64,000 nucleotides of DNA. Origin: Styela clava (taxonomy: Eukaryota). Positions 37,801 to 48,037 of this stretch are shown piece after piece. The notes beneath the pieces were generated by a model. That model ran no database searches. It saw only the letters and a program-made list of their open reading frames with translations, and was not told where the DNA came from. Where the stretch lies: the NCBI RefSeq assembly GCF_964204865.1, contig NC_135250.1, positions 9,238,001 through 9,302,000 on the forward strand. The letters run 5' to 3'. The position numbers and the translations under genes are program-made. The stretch's first letter is position 1, and the number at the start of each line of letters is the position of its first letter.

Positions 37801-39256
37801 ACAAGATTATTTAAAAAAAAATGGCACATATCCTCATTTGAGTTGTGCACCCCTGCTCTATAGATAAAGGAATTGAAAAAAAAATTTGACAAATTTTCTT
37901 TCTGAGAAATCGAGTTACATTTTGGGAATTGCGATATCTTGAACTGTTTGAAGACTCGTATCAACAACATTTGCACCAAAAATCTATATTGTTTCAGTAA
38001 TCCTGGCTTTTCAGTGGTTTTAATAATATGTTTGAGGTTCAACATATTCTAATATGTATGTTGTATCAAAAAATCGTTTCAGAGCTGCAAAAATAACAAA
38101 AGCGAATATGATAATAAAATACCTTGATTTTTTCTGAATTGTATCGAACTCCCATCCCAATATGTTTGTTGCATCCATTACACCAAATGTTATAAGGCAT
38201 CTCAAATCTAATGATGAGTATTCCCTAGAAAAATTATATTAAGCATTGTATTATAACATAGACAAGAATCTAAGGATGACTGGAAAATAATTGGATAAAA
38301 TATTCTCATACCCAACATGAATTGACGACTGAATAAGAGACTGTGATTAGCCATATGATTAAGTTGTCTTTTTAGCTTTTCGCTTATATAAAATGAAAAG
38401 GAAATCCATTTGTGCTCATAATACTATTTCTGAGCAAAATTTGATTCAAAGTTTGATTACTTGATTTAAAAAATTACATACAGCTTTCTGATGCTCGATA
38501 GGAACTTCAAAACTTAATTTACCATTAAAACAAATTTTTAATGATTACATTTTTGTTGCCAGTCACGGTTTATTAAGAAATGAAGAAATATAAATTGTCA
38601 CAACTAAATAGTAGTATACCTCTCCCAATTTCTTTGCTCTTTCTCTGAGCGGATGAGAATTGTGGTATTTGTCAAGTGATCCATGTTTTTTGTAGTCAAA
38701 ATCAGGAGGATAATATTTATTTACTCCCTTGCGTTCACCCTGTTAATAACAAGTTGGATAATGTAATATTTGAAGAGATATCACAGTAACATGCATACAT
38801 ACAGGCAAAGGGGTGAAAACAAATACACAAGAATTGTTTTATTATGGCAAAAAAAAAATCGAAATTTGCATGTTAAAATTGCATGGTAAATTAAATACTT
38901 ATCTGCTTGCAATTTCAGTTTCAATTAAAGTTTAATTTTAGATTATCTCAAGTGGAATCAATCTTATCGATATAGAGGTACAACTACCGGCGCAAAATGG
39001 TAAATCCATACGGTACCGGTACCGGTACCTACAGCTGTAGTTCATCATCATTTACAGAGTAGATAGATAGTTTATTTTATGATTTACAGATTTAAGTTAT
39101 GCGACATTACATTATTAAGACTGCAGGAGTTTCAAATTTGACAGGACATACAGTAGGCTACTTATGAATTCGGATTAGAAATAGCCTACATTAACATAAT
39201 GATAACACAAAAAAATCATTGCAACAATAGATATAAAATATATGCCTACTTACCAT
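34874..39256 (-). CDS. CCDC130: Coiled-coil domain-containing protein 130 / splicing factor YJU2B (CWC16 family), 392 aa
   Basis: 7 exons (1179 nt): 39254-39256 (ATG only, then gtaagt), 38620-38739, 38123-38224, 37366-37540, 36752-36936, 35991-36117, 34874-35340. Sequence MGERKGVNKYYPPDF..HGSLDKYHNSHPLRERAKKLGEGILIIRFEMPYNIWCNGCNKHIGMGVRYN..VGNYYTTPVYKFKMKCHLC..QTDPANCEYVILSGARRKEERW; C-terminal SLVAYDSESS. Confidence 0.95.
36208..36459. mobile_element. Older hAT MITE
   Basis: TIR CAGTGGTTCTCAAAC / GTTTGAGAACAATTG; degenerate 8-bp TSD ATTTAGCC/ATTTCGTC. Confidence 0.7.
37655..37855. mobile_element. hAT MITE in a CCDC130 intron
   Basis: Perfect 14-bp TIR CAGGGGTGCACAAC/GTTGTGCACCCCTG; perfect 8-bp TSD CTCTATAG at 37647-37654 and 37856-37863. 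Confidence 0.9.
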
Positions 39257-40114
39257 TATCCAGTTCTATGTTATTTGTTACTGAAGACTGAAAGTTGAAA
39301 ACAGCTACGGTAGAAATCTCCAATATGTCCAATAGATCGGGGCCGGTACCGGTATATCATGAACAAAAATGACCGACTTCTAGGCGATTGCAGCTGCTCT
39401 GCTAACTAAACTTGTCCTGATTGAACTCTTGCCATATTGTTGATTCACAGTGGCGCAAACACTGAAACAGGAATACAACTACCAATGTTTTTATCTGACA
39501 CCAAGTGGGCCAACGAACTTGGCAACTTTGAAAACAAAAACCATACAATATTACGGTACCGCTAGGTTGGATCGGTATGTTAGTCGTTGGGTTGGATCGT
39601 AAATATATACTACTACGGGTTGGGTGGATCGATATTATTATTAATTTTATATTAATATGATAGAAAATATATCTTTAAACATTTGCAGCTGTACCGGTAC
39701 CGTACACTTTATATTTGCATTGCAATATGCCAAAATGAATCCCCTAAAAACCACGCCTTTTTGTGGTGGCTTCCCATTTATGAGGGCAGGGTCGAACCGG
39801 TATGTTAGTCGTTGGGTTGAACTATCAATGACTCCACAACGATATCGTTTAATATATCGATGGTTAAACCATTATTGACTACACAAAGATATCCATGGTA
39901 AAACTTCTGGCACTGTGGTGGGGTGGTTCCCGTTATAGTCGACATGGTTCTTGTAACCTCCGGTAATCACTAACGTGAATATATAGCCTACTTGTCCACT
40001 TTGGCCTCCGCCATTAGCTCCATGCATTTGAAGCGAATAACTGCCAAGTGAAGTGGCGATCGGACAAGAGGCTGTGAATAGACCGCAAGTAAATACTAAT
40101 ATTAATGAACGATG

Positions 40115-40305
40115 ATAGGATAGGATTTACATATTTATCCCGGGGGAGAGGAAAGCCGATAATACGGCTGATCCATATGGCGAACCACGGCCTCTCGTCC
40201 GATTACCATTCCAAGTCGGGTATGGGATTAGTTTTACTGTATTATTTGTTTTCGGAAGCATGGACTTGGTGGTGGAGGAAGCCGTAACCGACCAGCGGTT
40301 ACGTG
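40115..40305 (-). mobile_element. SINE family A copy
   Basis: GGATTTACATATTTATCCCGGG...GCATGGACTTGGTGGTGGAGGAAGCCGTAACCGACCAGC is the reverse complement of the 31716-31966 copy. Confidence 0.75.
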
Positions 40306-41463
40306 TTGGACATTGGACGTATGATTTGGCCGTCCTATCGACTTTTCTCCCTCTCAAAAAATAAACATGAGTATACTGTCCTACAATAAAAGTGTGGTGA
40401 GTGTTTTTAGGTACTAATGATTAAATGGGATATACCGATATATTTATGTTATATATAGGTTGCATTCTCGTTGTTGGCAAATAGCTGGAAGATCAATTTC
40501 ATGCATCTGAAATAAATAACTGAATAAATAATCCGACCGGTATCGTTTTTGATTTCAAAACATGAAAAATTATGGCATACTTCCGAGTAACTACTTAGGC
40601 CTACTGGTTTCCTGATAGCTGGGTGAAGACAACATGAAACAAATATTTGACCAGAATATCTTGAAAAGAATACCGCCGAGTTTTCCGTCCATTTTATTTC
40701 TGTTATGCGTTTGCGCATTTTAAAATTTGAGCAGGCTATATAATGCTAACTGTGGAATATGGGTTTACACCTCAATATGACACATACGAAAATATGAATA
40801 AGTCCGACAAAGGTATCGACCGTATCAGAATATTTGCAATATTGTTTATTTACAACTGTAAACGTCTTCGAGAGAAATTTGTTCACTTAAAAGGTAGAAA
40901 GATTTATTAGAGTAAAAGTGTGCCAAAAATACTTGACTAGTCATTTCAATATTTTCAATTTTAGGCTGCTCTTCTGATTAGGACATAGTTTCGCAATTTA
41001 CAAAGTTCCGAAAAACCAACATTATATGCGCGTAAGTCAGGAATGTGATAACGACAAACAATAATGCCCGGTGTTTTCAGTCAGATAGAAATAAGTAAAA
41101 ATGTGATTACCCACGTATATTAAATGCTCTCTCAGACTGCATGGTCTATACCAGGGTGGCCTGCCGCTTCATTTTTTGTGGCCCGCGTCGCATTTGCGCA
41201 AGGGTAAACAAAAAATTGAAGTTGGTGTTGTTTCGTCATAAAAATAACCAGAAAAATCTTCTGACATATTGTTACATTACTAATGTCATTGAATTAACTG
41301 GTGTTATGGCTAGCTGAGGCGACTAGCAAAATTAAATAAAGTGGTTGGCTAGTCTAAATTGTTGCCTGGTTTCTATATTTTCGGTCGGGAACGTCAGTCG
41401 TTGGTCGGGAATATGTGCTAACAAAATCTGCTTCATAGAAAACTAAAAATGTAATGAGGAATC

Positions 41464-42730
41464 TGTTGTATACGCGTCTGGCCATTGTTTACGTGTGACG
41501 AGAAGTCCCGAGAAAGGAATCAACTGCCAGACTCGCACGCGATCCGCCCAGGCACTTTTTGAAGGTTTATCTGGCGTGCGGTACTGCTTTGTATTGTCTT
41601 CCGTTATGGTTGAAGTCTTATGTTATGCGGTATTAAATCTTGTGTGCATCACTCACTGAGTCTTTTCTGAACTTGCGAACTTAGAACAGAACATGGCGTT
41701 GTCGGCAGTGGCATTATAAGCCGTGTCATTGAATTGACCAGTGGACAATAACGATTTACTCTTGTCGCATTTCGGATATATCTGTAACCGACTGTTATGT
41801 TAACTAAAGCTGAATTATCGAAGATACTGGATAAAGCTAAACAGTAGTTGCAAGAAAAATTGCAGGAAATTAAACAATTGAAAGAGGAATCAAACAAACC
41901 AGTCCATGAAGTCGCGGACGGCGATTGGGTGAAGCAGTTTCTGGAAATGCAGCAAAAGCAAATGAAAATGCAGCAAATACAAATGGAAATGCAGCAAAAG
42001 AAAATGGAGGCTTTGGTTTCCTCACTTGGTTCTCAAGCGAGCAGTCCGAGAACTGAAACTGCCACGTTGCAAGGGCGCATATCAGCCAAATCTCCACCTG
42101 AGCTGACTGCTGATATTTCTTCGTCAGGCCTCGACTCGTGGAAGATTATGTGGTCCGATTACATGCAAGTTTCGGGCTACAATCAAGAACCACAAACGAA
42201 ACAAGTCGCTGTTTGTCGCGGATGTCTGTCGCTAGAAATGCTGTCCGTCGTAAAACACGTTCTAAATGTCAGCGAAGAGACCGAAAAATCCGTTGACGTT
42301 ATTTTAGAAGATATCAAGAAAATATTCGCAGTCAGATAAATGTTGCACTAGACAGGGTGTTGTTTGAAGAGCGCAAACAAGGTGATGGAGAAAGCTTCGA
42401 TTCGTTTTAATCGCATTGAAAAAGCTAGGAAGAGACGCTGAACTCTGCGAAAACTGCTACGATGAGCGGCCCACTACACGAATCATTGCTGGCGCAAGAA
42501 ACGCAACAGCCAGGGAAGAGCTGTTGGCGAAAAGCCCTTTTCCTAATCTACAGACAGCGGTTGATCTGTGCAGATCGAAAAAAATAACAACACTGATTTT
42601 TCGAAAAAGCAGAATTCGATTGCCAGTTCGATACAGATCAAGAAACCGTTTCAAAGACGATTCAAACCTAGGAACGTTCGCAACAACATGTCTTGTCAAT
42701 ATTGTGGACGAAGGCATGGTCAAAGATTAG
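41464..42730 (+). mobile_element. 5' portion of a Ty3/gypsy LTR retrotransposon (Mag-like): LTR, PBS and decayed gag; no pol or 3' LTR
   Basis: Candidate LTR 41464-41693 (TGTT...AACA). It is followed directly by TGGCGTTGTCGGCAG (41694-41708), which matches the complement of the tRNA-Ser 3' end (TGGCGTAGTCGGCAG) with one mismatch. Gag-like frames at 41848-42730 end in a CQYCGRRH half zinc knuckle. Confidence 0.8.
41848..42730 (+). pseudogene. Frameshifted retrotransposon gag
   Basis: ORFs 41848-42339 (..SWKIMWSDYMQVSG..) and 42416-42730 (..LCENCYDERPTTRIIAG..REELL..NLQTAVDLCR) are linked by a shifted frame reading INVALDRVLFEERKQGDGESFDSF plus a stop. Confidence 0.75.
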
Positions 42731-43504
42731 CCTAGGGCGACTATGCCTGATAACTAAATATTAATGTAATGGCCGAACAATATAATTCCTGCCGGGTGGT
42801 TTTTTTTGCAACCAGCCTGAACCGTATACAAAAAATGCTGCCTATATGTCAGAAAATATAGTAATTACCCTCCTGTATCTCAAATTTGGTAAAATTCGGT
42901 AAGCAATCAATCTGCTGTTATTTGTAAGTTATTTTGCAAACATGAGTTTGAAATAAAAGCTGACCAATTCAAACATGTTTTTGACTAGATACGGGAGGAA
43001 AAATATCACAATGTTTGCTTAATATGATAACAAAAAGGGCATTTTCTTCGTATGGCACTTCCTCCGTTGTGAAGATTTTGAAGTCTTACACCGAATGTAG
43101 ATATAGTAAAACTTTTGCACGTTTGAATGAGTTTTTTGCATGTTTTAGCTTGATGAATGGCAAATAATGACCAATGTGTCTGAACAATAAAAGTGTTTGT
43201 TTTGTATGGCACTACCTATTCTTAGCACTATTGTGGCCCGCAAACAATACAAAAATTATAGTGTGGCTCGCGAGGCCGACCACCTTGGACCACCCTTACT
43301 GATTACCATCCTGGTCTATACTATAGTACTCTATATGACACGGAGAAAATAAATCACCGTTATCTAGCGTTAATTTCATCTTTTACTTATTGAGGAGATA
43401 TGACATATTCCTCGCTCAGTATTTAATTACCCGTTTGCGTTTTTACTGCTACGAAGCATGAGGCCCTCATATGTGAAATAGGGTTTTCATAATTATCACA
43501 GTGG

Positions 43505-43700
43505 AGACAAATCCGTGTGTAACCACGACTTTTCCTTCGCCCTCGATTGGTTACCATTTCATGTCGAGTCTGGTAATACGTTTCAGATGCATGAACTTGA
43601 TGGCGCAGGAAACCGTTATAGACAAGTGAACCATCGTGTGACGGGAAGGAATTCAGCTTACCTCTCGCACATAATTATACTCAAGGGAATCCAACCTGAT
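43505..43700 (-). mobile_element. SINE family A copy
   Basis: GATTGGTTACCATTTCATGTCGAG..CAGATGCATGAACTTGATGGCGCAGGAAACCG..CTCTCGCACATAATTATAC. Confidence 0.65.
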
Positions 43701-44375
43701 TACCCACATTGAGTTTATTGGGTGTGTGATACCAAGCGCGTTCCTGAAGCTCATATATATATTTATTCATTAAAATGTGTATATTTTCTCTTCTGTATTT
43801 CCTAAGATATGTGGCTACTGATGTTGAATTAAAAACGAGATCCTGTACTCCTTTGATTATAGAAGATAATTTATTCAAAATTATATCAAAAGATTGCAGC
43901 ATTAAAGCAAGCATTTTTTTCCCAACAGTCGCTGTCATCTTGTTCAATACATTGATGACTAAACGTTGTTCAATCTAATTTGTCTTTATTTTTATTAGGT
44001 ATGTGAAAAGGAAACATAGGTTTTGATGAATATAATGTAAAAAGCACATGGATTCGCATACCTAACGCCATTGAGCTTTCTTATCAGAGGGCGAACAAAT
44101 TTAATTGAGACAGATATTACCGTACATGCTGGCAATCAGCAATAATAATTCTTTCTTTATTATTGGAGTATTTTCAAAAGTTTTTCAAACATGATCAGAA
44201 GGGATTTTCAGTGCAAAAGTTAATAATAAGATTGCAAAAGAGAATAAACATTCTAACATAAATGTGACAAATTTTTAGCATCATTGTGAGCCCATGGGCG
44301 ACCAGCTATTCAAAGTAACAATGTTTCATGTTTGTCACATATGTTTTCTTACATCCAATATGTATATTCGTAATT

Positions 44376-47300
44376 TTATTCAAGTGTTGCAGGATTCAGT
44401 TCTTCCATTTCTTTTGGCTTCGGTTCTGAATTGAAGAATAATAATTTTTTTAGTCAGATTATCAGTTGAAGTTTGACGGCTTTACGATTTGCACATAATG
44501 GTATACGCTTATATATCATTGCACCGGTTATTTCTATTTGATTTTCAAATTCAATTGTCTTGAGTAATGATTGTGGGCAATGGTTACTGTACAATAACGA
44601 TTCTTTCACCATCGATGCATATGCAAATGAAGCAATTGATTGGTTGCTAATTCCATATCGACAAATAGAAAATTAGACTGTAAGTAAACTGTTTAAATGA
44701 AGATTAAAGTTTTATTTCATCGTGAATCTTCAATTCACGAACTTACGTGATCCACCCTTGGCCTTATGTTTTTTAGCTTCTTTAGTTCTTATGATGAAAA
44801 TAACCAGTGCAGTCAGCATTGCGGCTCCTGCTATAACTCCAACCACTATTCCGACGATCATTCCAGTATCAGTATAATGAACTGAAAAATTAAGAGTTAT
44901 ATTTAGATTTTAGATTAGTTTTTTAGATTTTATTTAGATTAGTTTTATTTATCTATACGGGGAAGCCGATAAATACGATGATTTGAAAAGAGTTCGAATA
45001 AAATCCGCCAGAAAGTAGTTGGATGGAAGATAATTTGTCCAATTAGATATATATTTATAATATTACTATACTTCATCGGCTCGGCTACCTGTCATTTCAT
45101 GAATATTTTATTGATACTATATATTGTTTTTTGTCGATATATATATATGTGTGTGTGTGTTTTAAAATTGCCCATAGTGTAACAGTATGGTTGCCCCAAT
45201 TTTAACAATTAATTCCACACCTAAATTTAACATCTCAGTTATCTAGTGTCCATAAACGTACCGGATTCACATGTCGAGAAAGGGGCATCTTCTCCTTCTA
45301 CTGCTTTCACAACATTTTTATTGTGGCCTTGGTCTCCAGGAATAACGCAGCTACTTTCGTCAGTTTGATACATTGTTACACCTGGCCACATCTCCGTACA
45401 AAATTTTTGCGCATTCTCGTATACCTAAATAAGAAATTAACATTTTAAGTATATTTGCATAGTACCTCAGTGGCCTTCTTTACTTGCGTTAAAACTTACT
45501 TCGGAATATTTCCGGCAAGGCTGTCCTGTTTTACACTGCAAAGTGATATCTTTTGGGTCATCTCCGACTTGGACTTTCTGGAAGCCTCTCAACCAGTCTG
45601 TCCCGTCAACGCAAGTTCGATCATCCTTTATAAACGAGGTATAGGAAATGATTTAGTAATATCAATATTAAAACGGTCATGATTAGTTCTTTCTTTCGTT
45701 AAAAATAAAATACCAGGCAGACGTCAATAGACGTAAACCAACCTCCAGAACCTCCAAAACTTGATCAATCAAACTAAACACTTGACTGAGAATGATATTT
45801 TATTTGAAAAAGTCCGTAAAGATTTGAATTAAACCGCATAGATTATATGTAAGCACTTAAATACTTATATGCCCACTTTTCGTTCTGTGGTGAAATTTGG
45901 TATTTTATGTGGCATAACATACTAGTGGTATATTCCCACATCACTTCAGGTCCTTTGGATTGTTTAAACCACCATCCACAATTTGTCAATATTTTTGAAT
46001 TTTCGCATCATATACTTGGACACATTGTGGATTGGATATTATGAAATTTGTCAACTATATTAGGTTGCATTCGTCACGCACGGGGTTAACTTATAACGAA
46101 ACTTCCTGTTGTAGTTTTACGTGACATAGAAATGCTATCTATATTTCAAATATTCAATAGAAATACTAATCCCCATTCCGAGGGACTACCGCCTAAAGTT
46201 ACTACAAATTCCAACGATAGTAGATATAAAACCAGTACCTTACATGCTTCGTACCAATCACCACAAAAACTGGCGCATATAGGCAAATTTTCCAAACGTC
46301 TTGTCACTCTGTGAAGCCATGGGTATAAATTTGGCGAACATTGATAGTAGCATTGAATGTAAGACATATAATTTGAACATCTGAATACAAAGAATAAAGT
46401 TCAAATACCGTGTGCATTGCATATGCCTATTGTTTAAATAGCTATTGTCATTTTAGTGGCCGCCTATGATGTTGTTCACAGGCTAGACCCTTGTACTGTT
46501 GAAAGCGCCTGATCTAGCTTCGACCCAGTTAGCAAATTTTCATGAAATTTTACAATACATAGCGATTTATGTTGTCATAGAAACGGCTCAATATACTTGA
46601 ACAATGCGCGCAAACGCAACGAAATTGTTGAAATTTTACATAAAATACACGATAAATGTTATTATCTATGCCACCAAATTTTTGATGTTTGAAACCCTTA
46701 ACGTACACTTTTTAAAGACGTCAAGATTATATGGTATTTTGAAATGTGTGAAAACTATTTGCGCTTATATATAGTTTCGCAAATTTTTTTGAGTTTTGTT
46801 TAATTCTCCAATTAGTATTAATTGGCCTAAAATGATAATTATGAAGCAGAATCTTGCGAAAAAAAGATATATATATATATACTTTTGAGAAATGCGTTTT
46901 TTTAAGAACCACTGCTGTGAGAATGAAATTTGTTTCATAATATGTTGATTGGACACGTTTAGTGGACATAACGATCGTTTCAAAATTTTGTTGTTATTGT
47001 TATTTGTCTTCATCATTTTTAAAAAATCGCTTTTCTCTTCGAATACTGGACCAATTGCTTTGAAATTTTCAGTGGTTAAAGATAAAATTTTTCCCCAGAA
47101 GGCTATTACTTTTATTTATTTCTAAATTTCGCATGAAATCTGATATTTCGTCTAAAATTTCGCTGTATTATTTTATCCACGGGAACACTGGCTGTTCGGT
47201 TTGATTCTGTAAATTATTTCTACGCAAAACTCGGGAATTTTTTGTGGGTACCGGTGGCGTCAAAGGTAAATACTGCTTCGCTCTGGTTAACGTGTCCATA

Positions 47301-48037
47301 TATTTGAGCACAGCTCTCTTGTTTAAGTACATTTTGATAGCGAGCCTCGATCCTTAAAAAGTTTGCATCATTTTTTTTCAACCCATAAAAAAAGATTCTT
47401 ACGCTGTGGACAATCCTCCATCACATTGGCTATAGTTGAGTATACCGACCATTTGCAGAGGAACTAATACCAGTTGTTCTGTCAATTCTTCTGTACAACA
47501 ACTGTTACATTGATACTCTTTGCATGCCTTTAAGTTATTTTCTTGAGATGGGGCTTCCTGTAAACAATATTCAAAAACACAAATATATTATACCAATGCA
47601 TTAGATTAATCGAGTAGTAATGGCAACGTTTTATTTCCTATATGTATTGCGATCAAAACCTATTTTACATTTTGATTAAGAAGAAAGGAGGGATTAATCA
47701 CTGAGCGCCTAAAATAGGCGTTGCTGAAAATCAATATCGAGTACATAAGTACAAATGGCGCACAAGGCTTCTCGACTCTCTGGTATCAACTCAACGTTAC
47801 CTGCTTCTAATATATATTGGTATTTTGAAAAAAAAAGATCTCCGAAACTGATCTCCGTATCAGTAATAGTAGCCTATATAGTATAAATATGCTTATTATA
47901 AAATTACGTTTATCTAATATGATAATCACCTTCGTATATGCTCCAAATGGGCACACTTGATCATTCGGTTGCTCCTGTGCCTTTGCAACTAGCAGTAACG
48001 AGATTGATATCACGGAAAAAAATGATATCAAATTCAT
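44376..48037 (-). CDS. Riboflavin-binding protein / folate-receptor family protein with signal peptide, one transmembrane helix and cytoplasmic tail, 292 aa
   Basis: 7 exons (879 nt): 47930-48037, 47403-47557, 46239-46380, 45500-45625, 45262-45424, 44747-44881, 44376-44425. Signal peptide MNLISFFSVISISLLLVAKA. Folate-receptor-domain Cys pattern: C..YTKEAPSQENNLKACKEYQCNSCCTEELTEQL..QC..LSTACSNYMSYIQCYYQCSPNLYPW..LPICASFCGDWYEACKDDRTC..DW..C..PCRKYSEVYENAQKFCTEMW. TM segment GMIVGIVVGVIAGAAMLTALVIFII followed by RTKEAKKHK. The last exon is the least certain. Confidence 0.88.
46947..47324 (+). mobile_element. Non-autonomous Helitron/Helentron-like element; inverted copy at 58173-58408, fragments near 28820, 31150 and 37010
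   Basis: Subterminal inverted repeat TGGACACGTT (about 46950) / AACGTGTCCA (47289-47298), then a short hairpin GAGC-ACA-GCTC and a CTTGTTT end; no TSD seen. Confidence 0.55.

Larger units (their letters stand above)
41152..43313. mobile_element. Non-autonomous hAT (Charlie-like) element hosting the LTR fragment
   Basis: Termini CAGGGTGG...CCATCCTG. Perfect 8-bp TSD GTCTATAC at 41144-41151 and 43314-43321. Subterminal TGTGGCCCGC motifs near both ends. Confidence 0.8.

Noticed and set aside
41935-42005. Q/M-rich segment resembling a polyQ transcription factor
   Set aside because: It is the low-complexity N-terminus of the retrotransposon gag.
44430-44677. Alternative last exon of the RBP-like gene from the acceptor at 44677
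   Set aside because: Gives an immediate stop; the 44425 acceptor has a better pyrimidine tract. A short-tail isoform cannot be excluded.
45900-46105. Acceptor at 46105 as exon 4 of the RBP-like gene
   Set aside because: Stops in all three frames soon after; exon 45500-45625 continues the domain correctly.
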